Assembly: GCA_000004985.1 (NCBI GenBank)
Contig: GG738922.1
Length of the DNA stretch: 64,000 nucleotides
Reading direction: 5' to 3' (one strand)
Source of the DNA: Naegleria gruberi
Taxonomy: Eukaryota
The position numbers were made by a program, and so were the translations under genes. The notes under the pieces were generated by a model. That model saw only the letters and a program-made list of their open reading frames with translations, was not told the origin of the DNA and did not search any database. Positions 20,004-30,825 of this stretch are shown here, piece by piece; the stretch's first letter is position 1; each line of letters starts with the position of its first letter.

Positions 20004-21123
20004 ATGAACAAATTAATTACCCTCTTTGCGGTTGTCTTTTTGGCAGCTGTCACTTTTGCTGGTCGTATTGAACTTAGAGGACCAAACAAATCCTCTCCAT
20101 TGACCAAATTGAACAAGTATAACATTGCTCAAGATTCTGTTTCCGTTAGTGGTGTTTCTGGTAGGTTTTCGATTTGTTGTTTATGATTTTTAACATTAAA
20201 AGCTGGTGGTTTCTTTGCTGTTCAATTCCAAGTTGCCTACAGTAAATCATTGGTTGGTGCTGGTATCTTTGCTGGTAAGTTTTTTTAAACACAATAGAAT
20301 GATGATTTAACACAATTCTAAAGCTGGTCCATATTACTGTGCTCAAGGAAGTTTGATGACTGCTGAAGAACAATGTATGGCTGGATTTGCTAATGTTGAT
20401 TTGAATACTATTCAATCTACTATTACTCAATATCAATCACAAGGTTTGATTGATAGCACTTCTAACTTGGCTCGTCACAAGGTATTCCTCTACTCTGGAA
20501 CCTTTGATTACACTGTTAAACAATCAGTTGTTCAACAATTGGCTACTCAATATCAACAATTGGGTATTCCACAAAAGAATATTGTTACTAATTTCACTGT
20601 TGCTTCTGGTCACGCCTGGATCACCAATAATTATGGTAGTTTGTGTTATTTGACTATGACTCCTTATATTAATAATTGTAATTTGGATGGTGCCTATCAA
20701 GTTTTGAACACAATTTACGGATATATCAAACCAAAGAAGGAAGCTATTGCTGCTAACTTGATTACTTTCGAACAAACTGGTAACTTCTCTGCCAATTACA
20801 TGACTGGTAATGGCTATGTCTATGTTCCTTCATCATGTCAAAGAGGTGTCTCTTGCCGTTTGCATGTTGTTTTCCATGGTTGTGAACAAGGAGCTTCTAT
20901 TCTCGGAACTACCTTTGTTGAAAATATTGGAATGAATGAATATGCTGAAAGTAACAATATCATTATGGTTTATCCACAAGTCACTACTGGACTCCTTAAC
21001 GAAGCTGGTTGTTTCGATTGGATTAACTTCTCTTACACTGATAGTAATTATGCCAATAAGCAAGGTGGACAAATGAAGGCTGTTGCCAATATTTTGGCTG
21101 CTCTCGGTGCTAAGGTTTACTAA
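20004..21123 (+). CDS. secreted esterase, PHB-depolymerase-like family (3 exons)
   Basis: Exons are 20004..20160, 20203..20274 and 20324..21123, with GTAGGT/GTAAGT donors. The signal peptide is MNKLITLFAVVFLAAVTFA. Spliced sequence GGFFAVQFQVAYSKSLVGAGIFAGGPYYCAQGS and VVFHGCEQGAS resemble poly(3-hydroxybutyrate) depolymerase/feruloyl esterase-type alpha/beta hydrolases. Confidence 0.7.
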
Positions 21124-21167
21124 ATTATTTCAAATTCATGAAATGAAAAATAAACTAATCCTATATT

Positions 21168-21611
21168 GTGGAGCCATTAATAGCAAGATTTTGTGTCTTT
21201 CCAATGATGCGATTGTTAGAGTATTGTTACATGGATGAATTTTACATTTATTTTGCAAAGGAAAGTGACGATTTGTTAAATGAAAGATTTCTCAAGCCAC
21301 AAATGAACTTGACAAAATTGGAAAGTGCTCGATGTTTCATTTACAAATTTCTTGGAAAGAATCAAACTGGGAAAGTGTTTGGATCTCAATATTTGGTGGA
21401 TAATATTCTCTCAATTATTGTATCAAAAGTGAAAAGTTATGAACTATCTCCAAAACAATTTATTCCTTATTGGTGCTTAATATTCTCATTCATATTATAT
21501 ACCATTGATGGTGATATTGGAATACCCAAAGAATTGATCAAACACTATCCCAATTTCATTTCAAACAAATATTGTCACTCATTGACAAACATCCATCCTG
21601 GATACGTATGA
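21168..21611 (+). CDS. hypothetical protein
   Basis: 147-aa ORF with no recognised motif. Confidence 0.25.
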   Translation: MEPLIARFCVFPMMRLLEYCYMDEFYIYFAKESDDLLNERFLKPQMNLTKLESARCFIYKFLGKNQTGKVFGSQYLVDNILSIIVSKVKSYELSPKQFIPYWCLIFSFILYTIDGDIGIPKELIKHYPNFISNKYCHSLTNIHPGYV

Positions 21612-21949
21612 GTCAAATCCTCCACCATTAGGAAATACTCCACATGAAATTACATCCCAAATGGAATTACTTTCGCAATTCAATACCTTCTCTATTATCC
21701 AATTTATTTGTCGTTAATCCTACTGTTTCAACATGAATGATAATGAAAAACTGCAAATCAATCATCTTTCCTTTTCCAGAATTTGCAAATTCATGAATAA
21801 TAATAATAATATGGATATGAACTCATAAAAGTTATTGTGGATTACAAATTTAAAAGACCTTTCCAAATTATTGATAATGATCATGCCGATCACTTTCTCA
21901 ATTAATGGCAATTGCACATTATCATCATCATCATGAATTTATTCCTATT

Positions 21950-22132
21950 TTATTTTCTATATTTATAATACCAAAACATGCCCAATGCAACAAGTGAAAT
22001 TCCAAAATAGGCAATCAGGAATTGATTGGCTCTTTCTTTTCTCTTTTTAATATCGTCGAGTGTTTTTTTGAAAGATTCCGACTCGGCCAAAAGCTCCTCA
22101 TCAGTATTTTCTATGGTCTTTGATAGATCCAT
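21950..22132 (-). CDS. small tail-anchored-like membrane protein (60 aa), hypothetical
   Basis: Acidic N-terminus, a KKRKERANQ stretch, then a single hydrophobic helix FLIAYFGISLVALGMFWYY. Confidence 0.25.
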   Translation of the reverse strand: MDLSKTIENTDEELLAESESFKKTLDDIKKRKERANQFLIAYFGISLVALGMFWYYKYRK

Positions 22133-22315
22133 TTTTTTTTAATTTCTGATGTTTAAATTTAATTTTGAAAAACTTTACAATACTTTACAATGGAACTTTG
22201 TTTGAACTAATTCATCTCATTAAGAGCTCTGGAGCAGTTGTGAAAAGATCAGGAGCAGTTGGCTGAATGACATTTTTGTGTCAGCACTCAAAATAAAAGA
22301 AAAAAAAAGAGAAAA

Positions 22316-23827
22316 ATGAAGAGAAGCGAATTTTCAGCAATTCCTGATGAAGTTATCTTTCATAGAATTCTTCCGTATTTCGAATATAGATGGATACTAA
22401 ATGTTGGAAGATTAGTTTGTAAATATTGGAATGAAAATTACAAATCAATAGAAACTTTCGACTTTTCTGTCAATTATTACGGAAATGATAATTATTGGGA
22501 AAGATTATTGAATGATGTGCATTCTGGCGAATTAGAAAAAGTAACGGGATTGAATTTTCGATTACCACTTGCATGGAATTATGATTTGGAATTGCAACAA
22601 AAATTAATTACCAAATTAAGTAATTTGAAAGAATTGTCTTTAGGCCCATGTGCATGTGAATATCCCTTGATTATGACTAAATTGGAACATTTGGAAAGGG
22701 TTGTTTTAAATTTGAGATACATTAACATTGTTGAATTTTTGAAAAATTGCAAATCAAAAATCAAATCCTTTGACATTTCAAGTGTGGAATACAAACAAGA
22801 TTTCAGTTTTGATATTGAATGGCCATTAGAACACCTCTCTGTCTCTGGTCTCTCCACAAATTCATGGATTTCCTTGTTGAACAGCAAATTTGCAAGGAAT
22901 TCCTTAAAAAGTCTAAAGATTTGTAATTGTGGAATACTTCCAAATGAGGCAGTGTTTGATTTGATTGGAAATTTGGATTGTCTGACCGAGTTGGATTGTT
23001 CTGAAAAAGTTTTATGGAAACACATGAGAAAAATTGGGAAATTGAAGAAATTGACTTGCAATAAGGTGTTTCGTGGGGCAGAATCTGAATTGGACTTGTC
23101 ATTATTAACAAATTTGGAATACTTATGTTTAATGAGTAATGATTTGGTGGGAAGTTCATTTAAACATTTACAAAATATGAATCATCTCACGGAATTAATA
23201 TTGGCCAATAACAAAATAGAAAATGCTGCTGCTTTGAGCTCTGTCACTAGCTTGACTCATTTGGATCTTTCGAATAATTATATTCGAGATGAAGGATTGA
23301 AAGATTTTTGCCAACTTGTTAATTTGAAATATCTATCGTTGGAATACAATCAAATTGGCAGTATTGGAGCTAATTATCTTTCCAAGATTGTCCAGCTAGA
23401 GCAATTGAATCTTGCACGTAATTATATTGGAGAAATAGGTGTGGAAAATTATGGAAATTTACAAGCATTGAGAATTCTGAATTTGAATGCAAATAATATT
23501 GGAGATGGATTGAAATTCCTGGCTTGTTGTAACTCCTTGAATCAGTTATATGTTGCCTCGAACAAAATTAGTAGTAAGGGATTAATTGATTTTTGCAAAG
23601 TTTCAATGCCAAATTTGAAAGTATTGACCATTTCTAATAATAATGTTGGAAAGGCAGTTGCTCTGTTGGTATGTTTTAAAGGGACAGAAGTGAGAGCAGA
23701 TAACTGTAATATTGGATTGACTGATGCTGTGCAATATGTGGCAGAAAAAGGCATATCCAGTTTCTCAAACCAATTAATCAACACAAAGAACAAATTATTA
23801 TCAATATTCGATTCCTCAATGTTTTAA
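22316..23827 (+). CDS. F-box/leucine-rich-repeat protein
   Basis: N-terminal F-box IPDEVIFHRILPYFEYRWILNVGRLVCKYWN. The C-terminal half has tandem approximately 24-aa LRRs (LxxLxLxxNxI...). Confidence 0.7.
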   Translation: MKRSEFSAIPDEVIFHRILPYFEYRWILNVGRLVCKYWNENYKSIETFDFSVNYYGNDNYWERLLNDVHSGELEKVTGLNFRLPLAWNYDLELQQKLITKLSNLKELSLGPCACEYPLIMTKLEHLERVVLNLRYINIVEFLKNCKSKIKSFDISSVEYKQDFSFDIEWPLEHLSVSGLSTNSWISLLNSKFARNSLKSLKICNCGILPNEAVFDLIGNLDCLTELDCSEKVLWKHMRKIGKLKKLTCNKVFRGAESELDLSLLTNLEYLCLMSNDLVGSSFKHLQNMNHLTELILANNKIENAAALSSVTSLTHLDLSNNYIRDEGLKDFCQLVNLKYLSLEYNQIGSIGANYLSKIVQLEQLNLARNYIGEIGVENYGNLQALRILNLNANNIGDGLKFLACCNSLNQLYVASNKISSKGLIDFCKVSMPNLKVLTISNNNVGKAVALLVCFKGTEVRADNCNIGLTDAVQYVAEKGISSFSNQLINTKNKLLSIFDSSMF

Positions 23828-23893
23828 AGTCAATTTCAGGTGATATTGAGGAGATGGCAATGATGTGATTTAATAATTATTAAACAAAATAAT

Positions 23894-26275
23894 TTATTTA
23901 CTATTATTATTTTGTTTAATTCGATGTCCACATAGAAATCCCAACCTAAAGCCCTCCACAACAAGATCCATATCCCTAGCTTCTCTTATTTGTGATTGAA
24001 TATTTTGGAATAGATCAGCAAAATCCTTTTCAGTACTGCAGATATTTCTCAATATTGTCAAGTATTCTACGAGGGCTGGATTTGATCTCATTGTGGAACC
24101 ATTATTTTGTTGTTGAGATTGTTGTTGTTGAACATTTTGATTGTTATCCATTATTGTTACAAAATTATTGTTTACAAATCCTAGTTGATTGTTATTTTCA
24201 TTAACTCGCTGAAAATTATTGCCATTATTTGTTTGTAACATGGCTGATTGAATATTTCCAAAATTGATATTCATTGCATTATTAACCTGCAATTGGCTGT
24301 GATTAGAAATTGAATTTGAATTGGTAGAGTATTCTGAATTTCTTCGTTGTTGTTGTACAAAGAGTGGTACTGTAGTTGCTGATTTTGGTGATGGTGGTGT
24401 CAAATTTTGATAATTGTTGGCAACTGGTGATACCTTTTGCGTATTATTATTTGTACCCAAAGGTTTATCCAAATTGGCAAGAAGTCTGGACAAGTAACTT
24501 GGATCGAATAATTGAGAGCTACCTGGCGGGCTATTTGTCCTATTTTGATTATTCATTGGATTACCATTTGTAGCAGTATTCACTACTCCATTTGTCGTTA
24601 TGCTCAGTGGTAGTGCAGAGCTGCATGTTGATGGTGGTGGTAATGATACATTGGAAGTATTTGGAATAGATGATGCAGATACTTGATTAGAAGCAGTAAT
24701 ACTGCTGGTTGTTGTGGTTGCTGCTGTTACAGATGGAATATTAGCAGTTGAGGTCGTTGTTGTTGTTGGATTTTCTTCCTTATCATCATTCTTCTTCTTC
24801 TTTGGTTTCCTCTTTGATTTGGTTAGTGAGCTGGAACTACCCAATGATCTTTTTAATGAAGGAAGATGAACGCCCTCTTGTTGTGCCTTCTTTTTCAAGT
24901 GGGTTCTATACTTTTGCAAGTGGGATTTGATATGTGTGGTTGTGAGAAAGTCCACATTCATAATCTTTTTAATTTCCTTTGGTCTTGCATCGTAAACTCC
25001 CAAACTCTCAACCACTTGTACAAAGTGTTGATGTAATTCATCAGACCACATTAACCTGTCCTTAATTCTTCGTTTTCTTTTGGTGGTTGTTTCTTCTTGA
25101 TTTCCACCACCACTGTCACTTCTCCTTCTGCCCTTCTTCTTTTCTGATGGTTCATCTGCAGCATTAGCTTCGAGCTTTTCGTTACTCGAACATGTTGATG
25201 AGGACTCTGATGAACTATGAGAAGAAATAGGAGAAGAAGACCTCATGGTGTGTGGAATGTCGAATATGTCTGAAAAACTAAAGTGCTCCGACTGATTAAA
25301 TCCTTGTTGCATGCCATTTCCATTGGCAGCAGCCATGTTCATCGAAGAAGCATTTGAATCCTTTCCCATGTGGTTCAAATCATTCTCTGTCATTATGTTT
25401 GCTTCAAAATTGGTGTTTGTTTGGTGTTGTTGCATGTTCGGATTAATATTATTACCCACTACTACATGTTGCATATCGAAAGGCGAAGCTCCTTCGAGAA
25501 GAGATGGATTATTCAGGAGTAGTCTTAGCATGGCTTCTGTATCATTATTTGCATTGTTGTGGAATGTCACTGAATTGGTGCTTGTTATTGTAGTGGCTGC
25601 AGTATTGTTGTTATTGTTATTAAAACTAAGAGATGGTGATGATGTATGATTGCCATTCACCATCTGTAAATGATTGTTAGAGTTTGATGCACCACTGTTG
25701 TTGTTAGTTGAAACAGTGTTATTATTAAACATGGATTGGAACAATGATGAGGCATGCTGGTGTTGTTGTTGCATCAATAGTGTCGAAGAGTTGGTATTCA
25801 AATTATTATTATTGATAGTAGCAGAAGTAGAGGCACCTGATGATGATGATGCAACAGGCAGTGTTGAGGTATTGTTATTGTTATTATTATTATTTGATGG
25901 AGAAAGTTGAAGTAATTGCTGGATGGACAAGTCAACGACACGATTCGCATTAGATAATTCTAGAGAGGTAACAGGATTGCCAGGTTTAATAGATTGACTG
26001 CCTATCATGGTGGGGTTTGCTCCTTCTGGAAAGCCTTGATTGTTAAGAGTTGCCGAAAAGTGTTGTTGTTGTTGTGGATGGTACAAGATATTGTTGGGTG
26101 ATGGCATTGAGGAATGCTGCTGTTGATGTTGCATGGAAGATGCTGTTCTTTGCAAATATATGGATTGAAAGGAAGCTGGTTGTTGTTGCTGCTGTTGGGA
26201 AGTAGATGGAAGTTGGGTGGATAACAATGTTCTGTTATTAGTGTTATTATTCCTGGGAGAACCACTTCCACCCAT
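23894..26275 (-). CDS. Myb-like SHAQKYF/GARP-class DNA-binding protein, N/Q-rich
   Basis: Single Myb repeat KRKRRIKDRLMWSDELHQHFVQVVESLGVYDARPKEIKKIMNVDFLTTTHIKSHLQKYR. Extensive poly-N, poly-Q and poly-T/S low-complexity regions. Confidence 0.75.
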   Translation of the reverse strand: MGGSGSPRNNNTNNRTLLSTQLPSTSQQQQQQPASFQSIYLQRTASSMQHQQQHSSMPSPNNILYHPQQQQHFSATLNNQGFPEGANPTMIGSQSIKPGNPVTSLELSNANRVVDLSIQQLLQLSPSNNNNNNNNTSTLPVASSSSGASTSATINNNNLNTNSSTLLMQQQHQHASSLFQSMFNNNTVSTNNNSGASNSNNHLQMVNGNHTSSPSLSFNNNNNNTAATTITSTNSVTFHNNANNDTEAMLRLLLNNPSLLEGASPFDMQHVVVGNNINPNMQQHQTNTNFEANIMTENDLNHMGKDSNASSMNMAAANGNGMQQGFNQSEHFSFSDIFDIPHTMRSSSPISSHSSSESSSTCSSNEKLEANAADEPSEKKKGRRRSDSGGGNQEETTTKRKRRIKDRLMWSDELHQHFVQVVESLGVYDARPKEIKKIMNVDFLTTTHIKSHLQKYRTHLKKKAQQEGVHLPSLKRSLGSSSSLTKSKRKPKKKKNDDKEENPTTTTTSTANIPSVTAATTTTSSITASNQVSASSIPNTSNVSLPPPSTCSSALPLSITTNGVVNTATNGNPMNNQNRTNSPPGSSQLFDPSYLSRLLANLDKPLGTNNNTQKVSPVANNYQNLTPPSPKSATTVPLFVQQQRRNSEYSTNSNSISNHSQLQVNNAMNINFGNIQSAMLQTNNGNNFQRVNENNNQLGFVNNNFVTIMDNNQNVQQQQSQQQNNGSTMRSNPALVEYLTILRNICSTEKDFADLFQNIQSQIREARDMDLVVEGFRLGFLCGHRIKQNNNSK

Positions 26276-28115
26276 AATGCCAATAGAATTTGAATTGAAT
26301 TGTTGTTGTTGTGGTGGTGTGGATTCATTGCTATATTATACTATTATATACAGCTTCAGAGTTTTGTATTTTTCAATGCGTAGTAGGGGACTAATGTTGT
26401 CTTTTTAAAATATCACACAATGATAGTTGTTTGTGAGGAAGTTATTGTTGAGGTGGAAAATCCTTGCCCGCACAATTTGGACACAATAAGGCTAGTTTTA
26501 ATAAGGAGGTAAAAAACAGATTTGGCCTTTATGAAAGAACATCACGATCGTTGTGAATGTTGTTGAGGGTATCGCACCGATATGAGTATCATCGCAATAA
26601 GGAAGAATATTTTAATCTCTATGTTTACTGTTGTAAAACTTACTCTCAATAATATAAGTGGTGTGTGTGGTGATTTCGAAAGTGCGCAAAATTATTGTTG
26701 GTACCATACACTATCAAATATTATGTTGTTGCCAAGATATATGTGAAGAAGAAAACTGCAGGTGGGTGTTGTGAGGTTTTTTTAGACTTTGAAAAGGATC
26801 TTGGAAAGCAACTAAACAAACAATTTTATCAAAGTCGTCAAGTTAAGGTTGCGAAGTTGTCGGTGAAATCTCTCTTATTTGTTTGTATGCGTAGCAACAT
26901 TAAATATATATGGAAAGTCTGGGTTCCTAAATTTATCCTTAGACCATGTGACCAGGCGCAATTATTTTTCCAATAATCGCGATGTAAAACATTTGTCTTG
27001 TAAAAATCTAATAAATTACCTACGAACTAAAACAGTTGTAATCCAATGCATTGCATCACCAAACATTGCAACTAGATCCATGTAAGGACAAATCATCCAA
27101 AGAGTTTGAATTTCGTATGGATCATGCAATATAGGAAGCAAACCTCGTTTTCAATACTGATTTGAGAATATCAGAGATACAATATATTAATTTATGAAAA
27201 ACAGTGCAATTTACGCTGCTGTTCGGTTCCCTGACTATGGTGCTTAATAAACAAGCAGAATAAAAAAAGTGTTTGCGAAATCCAACATTGCATTCATTCT
27301 GTTGCATTGATGCACCTCTTTTCTTTTATAACCGAGAGATAGCAGCCAAATATAATGATGATTCTTCATTCCGAGGTCATTTTGTAAAACGGTTAATGAT
27401 GAAAATTTGTTGTGATCATCACAAGATATTTATCGATTAATTAATATTAATTGTCCTATTGGTGTGTTATGTAAATTTACCGAAGGATTATTGTATGATC
27501 CTTGCTAGAACACACACATGTAAAGGATTTATGCATATTATAATAGTGGGACAACTAATATTGTATTTGTGATCCGAAACAAAGACATCAACATCAATGA
27601 TGCTGATGGTTGTATACTATCGGGTGTTGTTGTTGTATAAATTGATTAATAGTGGAGAATAACAATTTTAATCGAATGATGACGAAAGATTTGATGTTGG
27701 AAGAAGGAGGAGGTTGGAATCATCCATAAGGGTTTGATTGCCATTGTATTAAAAGACTCTTGAGAATTGATAATATCTATATTTCTATTTGCGGGTTGGA
27801 TCCTACCACTTTTGGTTTATTCCAGTTTCGAATAGTTAACGAACCGACTGGTAAAATATCCAATTGCTTTATATTAATTGGCATTTACACTTTCCGAGAA
27901 TGTATTTTTCAATTAATTACAGAAAGAACGCCAAGTTAAACAACTACAGTTTTTGCAACACTTCCATTCTAATTGTACAATAATTCGAAATTACTGTAGT
28001 TGAATTGAGGAATTATTCAATAATGGAATTCAAACTAACGATTGCCAACATTACACTTTAGAATGAGATTTGGACTTGTTTACAATTTATTATTATTGCT
28101 TTCAGATTTAATGGT

Positions 28116-29318
28116 TTGGATAGGGAAGGACTATTTCGGATATGTGAAATGAAACAATTAACTAGTCTTGATATTTATGGACATTTATTTGATTATTTTA
28201 AGGTTCGGTCGAGTGATGAGAAGGAGGATGATTCCTCAACAGCAATTAAACTTCCGAACCACAACAACAATAACATATTGAACCAATCGGAAGATGTGCA
28301 TAGAATACATGATTCCGATGAAGATGAAGATGATGGGTATGGAGTTTATGATGATGAGGAAATTGATGAGGTGAAGGAAATTTGTAAAATTGATGAGAAA
28401 ATCCTTAAAGATCCAATTCAATTTATGGAAATTTTGCAAGTGGTAAGGGATTCAGTGTTGGATTATTTTGCATTGCATGAATTGGTGGAATTGCAGTTGA
28501 GTTGTAAATATTTTAATGAGATGGTGGATTTGTTTATTGTAACGAGAAGTGCAGTGTGGTGGTCTGCTTGTTGGAGGAGAACTTTCAATTACATGTATGG
28601 AGGCGAGGCAGTTAATAATCGAATAAGATTTGGGTCTATTCATTCCCATACTGAGAATACTTCAACATTCAATCATTTTTATGCCTCGTCATTATCAATT
28701 GAGGAGGAAATGAAACTATTTCCATTCGTGCTGGAAGGTAGTGAGGAGGAGGTTGCACTGGTGAAGGAGGAAGAAGAAAAAGCTGCAGCTCAACTCAAAC
28801 TCAGGAGGTATAATCCAAGAGAGTTGCAAGGTAAATTTATTGGAAAGGAGACACAGCATGAAAGTTTCAAAATTACAAAGAGTAAGGTCACAAAATTAAT
28901 GAGAAAGTCTGGACTGCTAACTCAATTCATTTCCATGAGTTATTCATCAACAGGAAAGAGTGGATCAGCAAATGGTAATTTTGATAAGCAATTTCTCACA
29001 AAGAAAGTGAAAAGGAATTACTTTGAGGAACAACAAAGATCGAAAGGTCAATCTAAACTTGTTAAGCTTGCCAATAGTTCACTAAGGTTTATTTTTTGGT
29101 CAATATTTAACAAATGGTGGTTGAAAAGCAAATCCAAGGAAGAAAAACTCATAGCACATACTTCAACCATTAATAGAAAAAGATTGGCTTCCTATGATCG
29201 TTATGGACCTGTAAATAGAACTGAAACTGTTGAATTACTTTCATTAGTTCATCAAGTAGAAGGAAAACCAGATACTATCATTGGTACCTATGTAAAACAT
29301 CACTCCTATTATGCATAA
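28116..29318 (+). CDS. hypothetical protein with possible F-box-like segment
   Basis: 400-aa ORF. ILQVVRDSVLDYFALHELVELQLSCKYFNEMVDLF is loosely F-box-like. It has an acidic DE-rich N-terminal region. Confidence 0.35.
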   Translation: MDREGLFRICEMKQLTSLDIYGHLFDYFKVRSSDEKEDDSSTAIKLPNHNNNNILNQSEDVHRIHDSDEDEDDGYGVYDDEEIDEVKEICKIDEKILKDPIQFMEILQVVRDSVLDYFALHELVELQLSCKYFNEMVDLFIVTRSAVWWSACWRRTFNYMYGGEAVNNRIRFGSIHSHTENTSTFNHFYASSLSIEEEMKLFPFVLEGSEEEVALVKEEEEKAAAQLKLRRYNPRELQGKFIGKETQHESFKITKSKVTKLMRKSGLLTQFISMSYSSTGKSGSANGNFDKQFLTKKVKRNYFEEQQRSKGQSKLVKLANSSLRFIFWSIFNKWWLKSKSKEEKLIAHTSTINRKRLASYDRYGPVNRTETVELLSLVHQVEGKPDTIIGTYVKHHSYYA

Positions 29319-29357
29319 ATATATCTCAAATAATTGTAAATAGAATTAAAAACAATT

Positions 29358-30122
29358 TTAATTCTTCTTCTTTCTGGTATTGGAAAGTGGATAGAGAGGT
29401 TCAGGATATTTTGCCAGATAATTCTTGACATATTCATCCAATTCTCCAGCTTTTTTCATTTCCAATAATTCAACAAGAGTATCACCATGACAATGACATG
29501 ATGCGTCCACTTTACACCAACATCCCAAAACTTTTCCATCAAGCTCATCCAAATCTTTCAATAAATCATCTCTTCTCAAGATGTAATCTCTATATTTCTG
29601 ACAAGCCACTTCTGCACTTCCACCACAAGTAGATACAGGATATGGATTTCCCCACTTGGATTGTGGCAAACTCCAACCACCCTTATTCAAAGCTCTTCCA
29701 ATATAAACTTCACAATCCTGAACAACTTTACCATCCTTTCTTTGTAACTTGACTACACTAGTTGTTCTTTTCAAAGATAAAGGTGTTAGTGAGGATGATA
29801 CTTTTGGAGTGCTTGTTGAAATTTCTCCCAAAGTTGTTGTTGTTATTGTTTGTAATGCTGGTTTCTGAGCAAAGAACTTGGATTTCTTCACTTGTTGTTG
29901 TTGAGTAGTCTTACCAGATGATGATGATGATTCCGATTCGGAGGTAGCAGTAGATTTAAATGGTCGCTTTTGATTTGCTGATTTTACATTATTTTGCTTC
30001 TGTTGTTGCTGAGAAGTTGTACTTGATGAAGAGGAAGTAGATGATGATGATGAACTTTGATTGGCAGAAGTAGTACCAGCAGCAGGAACCGAAAAGAAAT
30101 TAAAGGATCGTTGTTGAGACAT
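29358..30122 (-). CDS. S/T/Q-rich protein with C-terminal DUF4326-like Cys/His domain
   Basis: C-terminal LGCWCKVDASCHCHGDTLVELL resembles the DUF4326 signature (CWC...CHGDVL), which is usually found in bacteria and phage. The N-terminal half is low-complexity Ser/Thr/Gln. Confidence 0.5.
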   Translation of the reverse strand: MSQQRSFNFFSVPAAGTTSANQSSSSSSTSSSSSTTSQQQQKQNNVKSANQKRPFKSTATSESESSSSSGKTTQQQQVKKSKFFAQKPALQTITTTTLGEISTSTPKVSSSLTPLSLKRTTSVVKLQRKDGKVVQDCEVYIGRALNKGGWSLPQSKWGNPYPVSTCGGSAEVACQKYRDYILRRDDLLKDLDELDGKVLGCWCKVDASCHCHGDTLVELLEMKKAGELDEYVKNYLAKYPEPLYPLSNTRKKKN

Positions 30123-30358
30123 TTTTTGAAGATTGTTTTTTAATATCTACACAAGTTCACATCTGAAATAGTTGGTGAGAAGAGAGGTAAACTTTGAAAT
30201 TGAAATGTCATAATCTTAATGACTCAACTTCTAATAAGATCTAGAGACTGCATGAATACATGGTCGTAGAATCATAGGGAAAGATAGGCCATGTAGAACT
30301 ATTAAGGACAGACAGATTGTTATTATGTTGAGCAGCTGAATTTTTAATAAATAATTTA

Positions 30359-30773
30359 TTAATATTGTTGTTGAACAGTGGTAGTTTGAACTGTTTGTTG
30401 AACGTATGCTTGTGGAGGAACATACCCAACAATAGGTTGTTGAACAATGACTGGTTGTTGGACATAGACAGGTTGTTGGGCCATAACTGGTTGAGCAGTG
30501 GTGGTAATGACAACTTGCTTTTGATTGTTATATTTGAGATTGCAACCATCAACCATACCAGGAATCAGAACTGTTTAAATATTAATAGTAAAATTATGAA
30601 TATTGTTCATATAACTATTGAATAGTATTAATTTACTTACTAAGATCGACCAATTGGCCAATACCGAACAAACCTCCAGTAACCAACCAGACAATACCCA
30701 AGATAAAGGAGTCCAAATAGAAACGATGCAATCCAAACAATCCAATACAACAACCTAACCAAAGAAGATACGC
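30359..30773 (-). CDS. TM2-domain membrane protein (last two exons; first exon unresolved)
   Basis: Exon 30641..30773 (frame shifted relative to the listed ORF) joins through a GTAAGT intron (30640..30571) to exon 30359..30570. The spliced product is AYLLWLGCCIGLFGLHRFYLDSFILGIVWLVTGGLFGIGQLVDL|IPGMVDGC... This contains the TM2 hallmark GxxGxHRFYL between two helices. The C-terminal tail has PVxVQQ repeats. An in-frame stop just upstream of 30773 implies a further upstream exon. Confidence 0.45.
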
Positions 30774-30801
30774 CTATATTCATCAAGTTATCCATACACC
30801 C

Positions 30802-30825
30802 CATCATCATCATCATCATCATCAT
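30802..30825. repeat. (CAT)8 microsatellite (ATG8 on minus strand)
   Basis: Direct read of catcatcatcatcatcatcatcat. It produces a spurious poly-Met ORF at 30640..30849. Confidence 0.9.

Noticed and set aside
24376-26408. Plus-strand ORFs rich in L and C (for example 25311..25649, 25674..25910) opposite the Myb gene.
   Set aside because: They are the reverse-complement reading of poly-N/Q/S codon tracts, which is low-complexity mirror-frame noise.
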